Under the pieces are notes generated by a model. It had not been told where the DNA came from and ran no database searches. It was given only the letters and a program-made list of their open reading frames with translations. A stretch of DNA of 64,000 nucleotides, from assembly GCA_964016885.1 (NCBI GenBank), contig OZ024760.1, positions 32,302,001 through 32,366,000 of the forward strand. The letters are read 5' to 3'. This document shows, one piece after another, positions 28,090 to 38,386 of the stretch; position 1 is the first letter of the stretch; each line of letters starts with the position of its first letter. A program made the translations under genes and the position numbers. Origin of the DNA: Eledone cirrhosa. Lineage: Eukaryota.

Positions 28090-30786
28090 TTAATTGTAAG
28101 TTGTGATGTTGCTGTTCCACTCATATTTTCTATTTAATTTTGGTTTTAATTCTTTTATGCTTACTGCCTCTGTAATTTGCCTAAACATTGCGTCTTTCTT
28201 GTGTGTGGATTCTATTTTTATTTCTATGCTCTCTAATTTACCCCTGTGTTCTATCTTAGCATGTTGGTAGAGCACAGATGATTCTTTACTATCTTGGAGG
28301 TCTCGCCAGTGTTCATTTATTCGTTCCCCTATACTACGAGCTGTCTCACCTATGTACACTATATTTTTGTTTCTACATTGTCCCTCAGTACATCTTATGC
28401 TATATACTACATTTCTAGTTTTACAGTTAATATGGGGGCTTATTTTACAGGTTATACATTTCTTATCTATACATGAGGGTCTTTGGAACGGGTATGTCTT
28501 GCTAATAAGTGTTTTTACGGAGGTACCAGGTCTTTCTACTATCTTAATATTGAGATTATGTTTCTTTAGGGCCCTTCTAAATTTGTAGGCTAGTTCACCT
28601 CTAGGGGTTGTATTGATGAACATTACACTCTGGTATTTATTGCTATCATACCATGAGTTTATTCTATTGGCCTTGTTCTTAGTTCTTTCTATTCTATTCC
28701 AAAATTTGCTCCTATACAAGGGGCAGGTCCCATTTATGTCATTATTTACCATTTTTTCCCATTTGGTTCTGGCTCCTTTATACACTCTGATTCTATCTCT
28801 CTGATTGTAGCCAGAGAACTGCATACGGTGGATGAAGTGTTGTATGTGTCTCTCTAGTTCTTCGGGGTTGCACATGCGGGACACATTTCTCATCACCCGT
28901 ATCAAATCCGCAATCAGTATGTTGATTTTGGTATGGTCCGAAATGGCCGAGTTTCGGTGGATCAGATGTTTGGAAGTCATGGGTTTGGCATAATGGGAAT
29001 GGAGGATTTGTTTTTGGTTGTTAATAGTATCTAACCAGAGCTCTGTGTCTAGTACAGGTAATCGATGGTTGGGGTGTCTACTTGGGTAGTCTATAGTAAC
29101 TCTAATGCTCTGGTGGATGGAGTTTGCTATTTGCTGGATGCTTTCCATTGTGTTTTTCTCAGGTTCCTGACTGTTCTTTAGTGGGGGTGTCTTAACTACG
29201 ATGTTTATATCATCTACGTAGCGGGAGTACATTATCAGGGTTAATCTGTCTTCTAATTGTTCTTTAAGTTTTTGTTTAAGTCTACTGTCCCACCATACCA
29301 TGAACAAGTTAGCTATGTCGCCTGCAATGCTAACACCAATGGCTGCTCCTTCCTCTTGGGCATATGTTTTACCATTAAATTTGAACATATGTTCCTTAAG
29401 GGTTAATTTTATGCTGGCCCCTACCGCATGTGCAATCATTTTCTTCAGTTCATCGTGGTTTTCGGGTGTCCGTATGGCTCTGGTCCACCCGTTCCATCTA
29501 TCTGTGTGGGTTTTCTTGGCCATTGAGGTAATGGTAGGTGGTCTGCCTCTTGCTGGTCTTGTAGGGCACAGGTTGCTAAGGTCATAAGTGTCTAGGTAAC
29601 TATTACTATGGGTAAGCTTAAGTAGAAGTCCCAGCTCACTGGTATCAATCCCACGGAACTCAACCTTGCTCTCGCTGATCATTTCGACGCATTTCTCCAC
29701 AGCAAAATCCACGTCAATAGATGGATACAGGGACACAACATCCATACTGCCTATTATGCAGTTTGTTAGGTCCCCAGATCGGTTACCCGCGTCGATTCTG
29801 CTGAGGAGGTCCTCCGTGCTGTCACACACATCTGGGGACATCTCAATGATGGGGCGTATGATCAGGGAGAGGAAGTAGGACAGTCTGTAGTTACTAGCAA
29901 TGTTAGCCCCACAGACTGGCCGTGTTGGTGGTCCCGCGACAGGGTCCCAGCCCGTTTTATGGTCTTTTCGAAGCCCATACAACGCCGGCACGTCATTGTT
30001 CCAGGCCTGGAAGTTGTTGGCAGTCCTTTTGTTGGGCTGCATTATATTTGTCCACATCACCATATGGGCATTGAGGGTTTTTTCTCTGTCCTCATGCTCC
30101 TGTGGTGTTACCTCTCTTGTGTTAGTGATGTGGGGTTGCATTGCCTGGATGTAGTTTGGCAGGCTGTCAACCGACATTCTGCCAGACTTGTCTGTTGGAA
30201 AGCATGCTATCTCTCCATTACGCGAGCGCTGCATGAGCTTACGCAAGCCATTTGCAGATTCTTCTCCCAGTTGCTGGGCCTCTATTCTATTATGCTTCTT
30301 GCTATACTGTTCTATAATATTTCTAAGTTCGGATTTAGCTATACTAAATTGTGCTTCTGTTTGTTCATCGACCTGCGACGGCAACTGCGTGCGTTTGTTA
30401 AATGGCAAAGTCGTGGCGTGGACTCGTCGTAGGTCGAATGATTTATCGGAGTGGTTATAAAACGGAGAGTTCCAGGCTGCTGCTTTATGTGTACTTGCGC
30501 TATTGTTAGTTGTGTTGTTTCTATTTCCACCAACAGCAGCAGCCTCAGCTTCATGGTTGTTTCTATGTCTCTCATAATTACTCCTGTCTCTTTCCACTGG
30601 CTCAATGTTGTTATCTACCCTATTTTGTGTGTCTGTGTGTTCGTCTTGGTTATTCTCTTTGTCCTTAGTCTCCCTACTCCTTTTAATCCTATTACTTTCT
30701 CTTATTTCTCTGATTTCTGTGCTACTGTCATTACTTGTTTTCTGTGTCTGTGTGTTTGTTAAGATTGTAGTGGTGGTGAGAGGCAT
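28090..30786 (-). CDS. PLE reverse transcriptase + C-terminal GIY-YIG endonuclease (left arm; true N-terminus truncated)
   Basis: TDKSG, LYGLRKDHK, RPVCG, MDVVSLYPSI, QEEGAAIG, RYVDD, VVYSIRC...YIGETAR motifs; translation identical to 31449..34145. Confidence 0.95.
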   Translation of the reverse strand: MPLTTTTILTNTQTQKTSNDSSTEIREIRESNRIKRSRETKDKENNQDEHTDTQNRVDNNIEPVERDRSNYERHRNNHEAEAAAVGGNRNNTTNNSASTHKAAAWNSPFYNHSDKSFDLRRVHATTLPFNKRTQLPSQVDEQTEAQFSIAKSELRNIIEQYSKKHNRIEAQQLGEESANGLRKLMQRSRNGEIACFPTDKSGRMSVDSLPNYIQAMQPHITNTREVTPQEHEDREKTLNAHMVMWTNIMQPNKRTANNFQAWNNDVPALYGLRKDHKTGWDPVAGPPTRPVCGANIASNYRLSYFLSLIIRPIIEMSPDVCDSTEDLLSRIDAGNRSGDLTNCIIGSMDVVSLYPSIDVDFAVEKCVEMISESKVEFRGIDTSELGLLLKLTHSNSYLDTYDLSNLCPTRPARGRPPTITSMAKKTHTDRWNGWTRAIRTPENHDELKKMIAHAVGASIKLTLKEHMFKFNGKTYAQEEGAAIGVSIAGDIANLFMVWWDSRLKQKLKEQLEDRLTLIMYSRYVDDINIVVKTPPLKNSQEPEKNTMESIQQIANSIHQSIRVTIDYPSRHPNHRLPVLDTELWLDTINNQKQILHSHYAKPMTSKHLIHRNSAISDHTKINILIADLIRVMRNVSRMCNPEELERHIQHFIHRMQFSGYNQRDRIRVYKGARTKWEKMVNNDINGTCPLYRSKFWNRIERTKNKANRINSWYDSNKYQSVMFINTTPRGELAYKFRRALKKHNLNIKIVERPGTSVKTLISKTYPFQRPSCIDKKCITCKISPHINCKTRNVVYSIRCTEGQCRNKNIVYIGETARSIGERINEHWRDLQDSKESSVLYQHAKIEHRGKLESIEIKIESTHKKDAMFRQITEAVSIKELKPKLNRKYEWNSNITTYN

Positions 30787-31448
30787 TGAATGTGTGTGTG
30801 TTGTTGTTGTTGATGTGTGTTGTTGTCTCCGTGTGTGTGTGTGTTATCGTTGTTGTGTGTGTTGTTATTGTTGTTTGTGTTTGCGTGTCTGTTGTTGTTG
30901 TATCTGGGTATGTTGCTGTTGTTGTTGTTGTTGATGTGTGTGTTGTTGTTATTGTTGTCTCCGTGTGTGTTGTTATTGTTGTTTGTGTCTGCGTGTCTGT
31001 TGTATCTGGGTATGTTGCTATTGTTGGTATTGTATCAAAAAAAAAAAAAAAAAATAGAAAAATCATTTACGAAACTACGCTGGAGCATCAAAAACAAAAA
31101 CAAAAGCAACAATATACGCACACACATATACAACACACATCCCAACAACAACAGACACACAGACACAAACAATAACAACAACAATAGCAACATACCCAGA
31201 TACAATACCAACAATAGCAACATACCCAGATACAACAGACACGCAGACACAAACAACAATAACAACACACACGGAGACAACAATAACAACAACACACACA
31301 TCAACAACAACAACAACAGCAACATACCCAGATACAACAACAACGGACACGCAAACACAAACAACAATAACAACACACACAACAACGATAACACACACAC
31401 ACACGGAGACAACAACACACATCAACAACAACAACACACACACATTCA

Positions 31449-34145
31449 ATGCCTCTCACCACCACTACAATCTTAACAAACACACAGACACAGAAAACAA
31501 GTAATGACAGTAGCACAGAAATCAGAGAAATAAGAGAAAGTAATAGGATTAAAAGGAGTAGGGAGACTAAGGACAAAGAGAATAACCAAGACGAACACAC
31601 AGACACACAAAATAGGGTAGATAACAACATTGAGCCAGTGGAAAGAGACAGGAGTAATTATGAGAGACATAGAAACAACCATGAAGCTGAGGCTGCTGCT
31701 GTTGGTGGAAATAGAAACAACACAACTAACAATAGCGCAAGTACACATAAAGCAGCAGCCTGGAACTCTCCGTTTTATAACCACTCCGATAAATCATTCG
31801 ACCTACGACGAGTCCACGCCACGACTTTGCCATTTAACAAACGCACGCAGTTGCCGTCGCAGGTCGATGAACAAACAGAAGCACAATTTAGTATAGCTAA
31901 ATCCGAACTTAGAAATATTATAGAACAGTATAGCAAGAAGCATAATAGAATAGAGGCCCAGCAACTGGGAGAAGAATCTGCAAATGGCTTGCGTAAGCTC
32001 ATGCAGCGCTCGCGTAATGGAGAGATAGCATGCTTTCCAACAGACAAGTCTGGCAGAATGTCGGTTGACAGCCTGCCAAACTACATCCAGGCAATGCAAC
32101 CCCACATCACTAACACAAGAGAGGTAACACCACAGGAGCATGAGGACAGAGAAAAAACCCTCAATGCCCATATGGTGATGTGGACAAATATAATGCAGCC
32201 CAACAAAAGGACTGCCAACAACTTCCAGGCCTGGAACAATGACGTGCCGGCGTTGTATGGGCTTCGAAAAGACCATAAAACGGGCTGGGACCCTGTCGCG
32301 GGACCACCAACACGGCCAGTCTGTGGGGCTAACATTGCTAGTAACTACAGACTGTCCTACTTCCTCTCCCTGATCATACGCCCCATCATTGAGATGTCCC
32401 CAGATGTGTGTGACAGCACGGAGGACCTCCTCAGCAGAATCGACGCGGGTAACCGATCTGGGGACCTAACAAACTGCATAATAGGCAGTATGGATGTTGT
32501 GTCCCTGTATCCATCTATTGACGTGGATTTTGCTGTGGAGAAATGCGTCGAAATGATCAGCGAGAGCAAGGTTGAGTTCCGTGGGATTGATACCAGTGAG
32601 CTGGGACTTCTACTTAAGCTTACCCATAGTAATAGTTACCTAGACACTTATGACCTTAGCAACCTGTGCCCTACAAGACCAGCAAGAGGCAGACCACCTA
32701 CCATTACCTCAATGGCCAAGAAAACCCACACAGATAGATGGAACGGGTGGACCAGAGCCATACGGACACCCGAAAACCACGATGAACTGAAGAAAATGAT
32801 TGCACATGCGGTAGGGGCCAGCATAAAATTAACCCTTAAGGAACATATGTTCAAATTTAATGGTAAAACATATGCCCAAGAGGAAGGAGCAGCCATTGGT
32901 GTTAGCATTGCAGGCGACATAGCTAACTTGTTCATGGTATGGTGGGACAGTAGACTTAAACAAAAACTTAAAGAACAATTAGAAGACAGATTAACCCTGA
33001 TAATGTACTCCCGCTACGTAGATGATATAAACATCGTAGTTAAGACACCCCCACTAAAGAACAGTCAGGAACCTGAGAAAAACACAATGGAAAGCATCCA
33101 GCAAATAGCAAACTCCATCCACCAGAGCATTAGAGTTACTATAGACTACCCAAGTAGACACCCCAACCATCGATTACCTGTACTAGACACAGAGCTCTGG
33201 TTAGATACTATTAACAACCAAAAACAAATCCTCCATTCCCATTATGCCAAACCCATGACTTCCAAACATCTGATCCACCGAAACTCGGCCATTTCGGACC
33301 ATACCAAAATCAACATACTGATTGCGGATTTGATACGGGTGATGAGAAATGTGTCCCGCATGTGCAACCCCGAAGAACTAGAGAGACACATACAACACTT
33401 CATCCACCGTATGCAGTTCTCTGGCTACAATCAGAGAGATAGAATCAGAGTGTATAAAGGAGCCAGAACCAAATGGGAAAAAATGGTAAATAATGACATA
33501 AATGGGACCTGCCCCTTGTATAGGAGCAAATTTTGGAATAGAATAGAAAGAACTAAGAACAAGGCCAATAGAATAAACTCATGGTATGATAGCAATAAAT
33601 ACCAGAGTGTAATGTTCATCAATACAACCCCTAGAGGTGAACTAGCCTACAAATTTAGAAGGGCCCTAAAGAAACATAATCTCAATATTAAGATAGTAGA
33701 AAGACCTGGTACCTCCGTAAAAACACTTATTAGCAAGACATACCCGTTCCAAAGACCCTCATGTATAGATAAGAAATGTATAACCTGTAAAATAAGCCCC
33801 CATATTAACTGTAAAACTAGAAATGTAGTATATAGCATAAGATGTACTGAGGGACAATGTAGAAACAAAAATATAGTGTACATAGGTGAGACAGCTCGTA
33901 GTATAGGGGAACGAATAAATGAACACTGGCGAGACCTCCAAGATAGTAAAGAATCATCTGTGCTCTACCAACATGCTAAGATAGAACACAGGGGTAAATT
34001 AGAGAGCATAGAAATAAAAATAGAATCCACACACAAGAAAGACGCAATGTTTAGGCAAATTACAGAGGCAGTAAGCATAAAAGAATTAAAACCAAAATTA
34101 AATAGAAAATATGAGTGGAACAGCAACATCACAACTTACAATTAA
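31449..34145 (+). CDS. PLE reverse transcriptase + C-terminal GIY-YIG endonuclease (right arm)
   Basis: Same motifs. Upstream coding sequence (IEKSFTKLRWS..., 31054 onward) is in another frame, so this ATG is probably not the native start. Confidence 0.95.
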   Translation: MPLTTTTILTNTQTQKTSNDSSTEIREIRESNRIKRSRETKDKENNQDEHTDTQNRVDNNIEPVERDRSNYERHRNNHEAEAAAVGGNRNNTTNNSASTHKAAAWNSPFYNHSDKSFDLRRVHATTLPFNKRTQLPSQVDEQTEAQFSIAKSELRNIIEQYSKKHNRIEAQQLGEESANGLRKLMQRSRNGEIACFPTDKSGRMSVDSLPNYIQAMQPHITNTREVTPQEHEDREKTLNAHMVMWTNIMQPNKRTANNFQAWNNDVPALYGLRKDHKTGWDPVAGPPTRPVCGANIASNYRLSYFLSLIIRPIIEMSPDVCDSTEDLLSRIDAGNRSGDLTNCIIGSMDVVSLYPSIDVDFAVEKCVEMISESKVEFRGIDTSELGLLLKLTHSNSYLDTYDLSNLCPTRPARGRPPTITSMAKKTHTDRWNGWTRAIRTPENHDELKKMIAHAVGASIKLTLKEHMFKFNGKTYAQEEGAAIGVSIAGDIANLFMVWWDSRLKQKLKEQLEDRLTLIMYSRYVDDINIVVKTPPLKNSQEPEKNTMESIQQIANSIHQSIRVTIDYPSRHPNHRLPVLDTELWLDTINNQKQILHSHYAKPMTSKHLIHRNSAISDHTKINILIADLIRVMRNVSRMCNPEELERHIQHFIHRMQFSGYNQRDRIRVYKGARTKWEKMVNNDINGTCPLYRSKFWNRIERTKNKANRINSWYDSNKYQSVMFINTTPRGELAYKFRRALKKHNLNIKIVERPGTSVKTLISKTYPFQRPSCIDKKCITCKISPHINCKTRNVVYSIRCTEGQCRNKNIVYIGETARSIGERINEHWRDLQDSKESSVLYQHAKIEHRGKLESIEIKIESTHKKDAMFRQITEAVSIKELKPKLNRKYEWNSNITTYN

Positions 34146-34356
34146 GGACAAAATGAAAACACACACACACATATATAAACAACTTACAATTGAAAACACA
34201 CACAAAATGAAAACACACACAAGACAAAATGAAAACACACACACACATAGAACAAACAACCAACCAACAATAAATAAATAAATAAACAAACAAATATAAA
34301 TATAAAAATATAAAAATAGAAAAATGAACACAAACACACACAGACACCCGGATGTG

Positions 34357-34510
34357 GCGCATGCGCAAACTGAGCACGCAACCCACACACAAACAAAATG
34401 GCGTAGGATAGAAGAAAGGAAAGGCACAGAAACGAAGAAAGAAATCCCCAGTCACTGAAGAGGTCACAGAGTGTGTGACGAAAGAACTATGACTATATAT
34501 ATATAAACAA
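34357..34510 (+). promoter_or_regulatory. Candidate internal promoter in PLE pseudo-LTR (NRF1-like, YY1-like, TATA-like motifs)
   Basis: GCGCATGCGCA 34357, AAAATGGCG 34395, TATATAAA ~34500; same motifs in the same order in family 1 (3297, 3396, ~3590). Confidence 0.5.
34450..34494 (+). ncRNA. Type I hammerhead ribozyme, PLE family 2 pseudo-LTR (right arm)
   Basis: AGTCA-CTGAAGA-G-GTCACA-gagtg-TGTGAC-GAAA-GAAC-TA-TGACT: 5-bp stem I, intact core, 6-bp stem II, minimal stem III, CUA cleavage triplet. Confidence 0.82.
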
Positions 34511-34672
34511 CTATCTGGTTGTGGAACCAACCAACCAACCAGAAATTTATAAATTTGTAAATTTATAAATATATATTAAATTAAATTGAAGTGAAAGCAA
34601 CTGGTGCGTGTGTTTCTTATTGGCAACATGACCCTCCCAAAGTATAACAATATATATTTATATATATTTATG

Positions 34673-34705
<33 letters not shown>

Positions 34706-34722
34706 TTATGTATATATATATA

Positions 34723-34816
34723 TTTCGCAAGATTCTTTATCTGAAATCGTGTGTTGAAACCGATATTGTTATACTTTGCTTATTGGCAACATGACCCTCC
34801 CAAAGTATAACAATAT
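34723..34816. mobile_element. Miniature inverted PLE family 2 terminus insertion
   Basis: Minus-strand piece 34727-34778 joined to plus-strand piece 34779-34816, ending at the same AACAATAT point. Confidence 0.8.
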
Positions 34817-34839
34817 ATATATATATTTATGTATATATT

Positions 34840-37307
34840 CAGGTTTGAGGTTCACCACTGTATAGAGCTGGTCTATTCCGTATGGTCAATCGTAATGCAA
34901 TAATATAGAGAGTACTCAACGTAAAGCAGTTCAACCGTCTTTGTTTTTGTAGTTGGTGGTGCTATCACGGAGTTAAATATTATAATGAAATGACAGGAGG
35001 CTGGGTTTGTGTAAATCCTTGAAAGGTTCATTATACTATGATCATTTCAATGACCGGGTTCCGTATGAATCCGGTGATATCATCAGGTATTCGAAATATA
35101 ATACGTGAATGTAATAGATAAAATCCATGGGGCTGAAAATCGAGGACCCGGCTACTCGGTGTTTTCGCCTGGCCCATGGCTACTTCCCTTTCATAATATC
35201 CGAACTTCGACGAAACTCTACGGATTAGACCATAACATGTATTGTACTGCACTGTATTAACTAAATCGCTACCCTATACTTCTGGGCATGTATAACTCAC
35301 ACTGAATTCCCAGACTCGAACACACACTGTTTCCACATCTATATGCATTATCTGACTGCAGCTCGAACTATATTGTATTTCTCCTGTGTCTAGAACTCTC
35401 CATTTAATAGACAACGACTCTTGTTTGTTTATTTATATCTTTACATCTTTATTTGCTGTATTAATGCTTCTCCACATATTCTACCTCTATACATCCATGT
35501 ACTTTCTACTTCCCTTATTCGGACTTTTACTCGCGTGTACCCTTAGCACACGACACTGGATTATCTCCTCCTGGGAACATAAATACGGCAACCTGAACTA
35601 TATTGTATTTCTCCTGTGTCTTGAGCTCTCCATTTACTAGACAACGACTCTTGTTTGTTTATTTATATCTTCACATCTTTATTTGCTGTATTAATACCTT
35701 TCCACGTACTCTACCGCTATACATCCATGTACTTTTTACTTCCCTTATTCGGACTTTTACTCGCGTGTACCCTTAGCACACGACACAGGATTGTCTCCCC
35801 CCGGGAACATAAATACTGCAACCTGAACTATATTGTAATTCTCCTATATCTTGATTTCTCCATCTTACTCCAACACCACTCTTGTTGGTTTATTTACATA
35901 TTTATACCTATATATTGATATGTTTATATATTTATACCTTTGCTGTACCAATGTGCTCTTCCACGTATTCCACTTCTATGTATCCATGTATTTCTACTCC
36001 TCACATTGGGATTTTGCTCACTTGTACCCATTAGCACACAACACTAGAATGTCTCCTGAGAACAAAAATAAATATTACACGACTATATCCCGTACTCTAC
36101 ATCCCACTAGGATAAATTACAGATCTACATAATACAATTAACGTCTCTTCATAAAAGACTCTCTTTAATTAAACCCCGCAACCCAAAACCTCATAGAAGT
36201 TATTTGAATGTTTAATCTTCAATTTTCTGTTTGTTCAATTCTCAATCTTCTTACTCTTTAATTTTATAATGTTATTCTGAATTCTTTCAACTTCATCCTA
36301 TAAAGTTAAGCAATATTTTAAGGTTCCAACTTTCTCTTGGACTGTTGGGTGGGTTTTAATGGCGGCGCGACCAGCCCCCTGGCGCACAAGCTTACCTGGA
36401 GTGCTTGGAAAAATAAATTTCCCCTTCTTTCGGTAAATGAAAATACTCGGCGTAGCTTAATTCGCCATGGGGCCCGGGGCGCGGCCGGTGTTTTAACCGC
36501 CACATACTACCTTTAAATTACAGAACAAATCGGAACTATTAGATATATCAACCTGAAAGTGTTAAACTGTTGAACTTTAAATTTTCTAACCTCTTTAATA
36601 TTGAATATTGATTATTAATTTTTTAACTTCATCCTATAAGCCTAAACATTGTAACACACTGACTCCCAATATATTCACCTCTGCTAAGATGCGGGTCCCT
36701 GTGAAAATTTTCTTGCACCACTCCTGGCCTGACTGTGGTCTGACATTAATATCGACCTTTCTTCCTCTTTCTTTCTATCTTCCTTCTTGTAGCCATCAAC
36801 CCTTACTTTTCTACTTCTCTCTTCTCTTCCTTCTCTTCTCCCCTCTTCCTGTCTTCCTCCCGCAGACTTATCTTCCTTCCCCCTTTTGCTTGCCTATATC
36901 TGACCGGTAGTAGTTGCCTTTCTTCTTATAGCTGACATTAACCCTGGCTTCTCTTCTTCCTTCCCCCTTCTTCTCTCTCCTTCCTTTCTTTCTTTCTTTT
37001 ACCTTGTGGCATGAGATTGACGCTAACTTATGTTACCATCCCTTTCTGTTTTCGTTTATCTGACCGGTAGTAGCATACTGAAAACTTTAGCCACGTCACT
37101 CGAGGGCGACCGGCTGAAGTTGAAGGAACAGAATAGCGGTCGCCTTCGGGTCCTCGATTTTATCTATTACATTCACGTATTATATTTCGAATACCTGATG
37201 ATATCACCGGATTCATACGGAACCCGGTCATTGAAATGATCATAGTATAATAAACCTTTCAAGGATTTACACAAATCCAGCCTCCTGTCATTTCATTATA
37301 ATATTTA
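34840..37307. mobile_element. Non-coding element with ~160-bp inverted repeats and an internal 230-bp tandem array
   Basis: 34974-35150 is the reverse complement of 37147-37307 (16-bp insertion in the left copy). No credible ORF. Confidence 0.7.
35365..36075. repeat. Tandem repeat, 230-bp period, ~3 copies
   Basis: GAACTATATTGTA starts at 35365, 35595 and 35825; the third copy is diverged. Confidence 0.9.
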
Positions 37308-37351
37308 TGTATATATATATATATATATATATTTATGTATATATATATATT

Positions 37352-37386
<35 letters not shown>

Positions 37387-37483
37387 GTATATATATATAT
37401 ATATTTATGTATATATATATATTTATGTATATATTTATGTATATATATATATTTATGTATATATTTATGTATATATATATATT

Positions 37484-37520
<37 letters not shown>

Positions 37521-37780
37521 GTATATATATTTATGTATATATATTTATGTATGTATATATATTTATGTATATATATATGTATATATATATATTTATGTAT
37601 ATATATTTATGTATATATATATATTTATGTATATATATGAAAAGTGTAATTTACTACACAAAACGAAGGTTATAGAGAAAATTGAGGTTGGTAATGGCAC
37701 ATGGAATATATAAGAGACAGAATACTTTTTTGTAAAAAAACATATAATTTTATAAGGTAAGGAAATAATAAAGGGTATAA

Positions 37781-37828
37781 AAAATGACCGGTTTCGATGG
37801 GTCTGCAAAAGCCATCTTTTCAAATGTT
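37781..37828 (-). ncRNA. Hammerhead-like motif with U3-A8 core variant in a PLE remnant
   Basis: AACAT-TTGAAAA-GATGG-cttttgcagac-CCATC-GAAA-CCGG-TC-ATTTT. Confidence 0.55.
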
Positions 37829-38134
37829 GATTAATATTAAGAAAAATTAATAATAAGAAGAGTTAAAATTTGAGATTTGAAAATTCAAGTATAAAATTCA
37901 TTGTGGGATTTCATAGTAGTTTTCATCTTGGTAACCGCAAGTTGACTGCTGTGTGCCTTTCTGGTAGTGAATGAGAAGTTATTTGGGGGTGTGGGTTATT
38001 TTATAAAGGTCAGATTTAGCAATGGCCAGATGGCCAGCTGCTGGTCAGTGGAAGCAATATACATACATATATCTCTCCCTGTGGTCGGTAGGAGAGGGGA
38101 GATTGATAGAAAGGGATTTAGTGCACTTACACCT

Positions 38135-38178
38135 ATATATACACACATACCTTCATCCACACATACATACATATACAT

Positions 38179-38239
<61 letters not shown>

Positions 38240-38350
38240 TACATACACACACACATACATATACATACACACATACACACACACATATATGCACATACAC
38301 ACACATATATATATATACACACACATATATATACACATACATCCAGATAC

Positions 38351-38386
<36 letters not shown>

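Larger units (their letters stand above)
27531..34653. mobile_element. PLE family 2 head-to-head inverted duplication (~3.45-kb arms, 162-bp spacer)
   Basis: Mirror coordinates sum to 62235 (31036/31199, 30786/31449, 28090/34145). The only arm difference noticed is a 6-bp (CA) indel. The spacer begins with A18. Confidence 0.95.

Noticed and set aside
28090-34145. Selenoprotein-encoding (Naiad-type) PLE
   Set aside because: The endonuclease is C-terminal, there is no in-frame TGA, and the UTR hairpin is explained by a hammerhead rather than a SECIS.
27531-34653. Pure fold-back assembly artefact
   Set aside because: Arms have mutually exclusive extensions, a 6-bp indel and different flanks, and the geometry recurs in other elements. 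Not fully excluded without reads.
36318-36510. GC-rich patch with minus-strand CAG|GTAAG as a host first exon
   Set aside because: The ATG is followed by a stop after three codons, there is no recognisable peptide, and it lies inside a repeat element.
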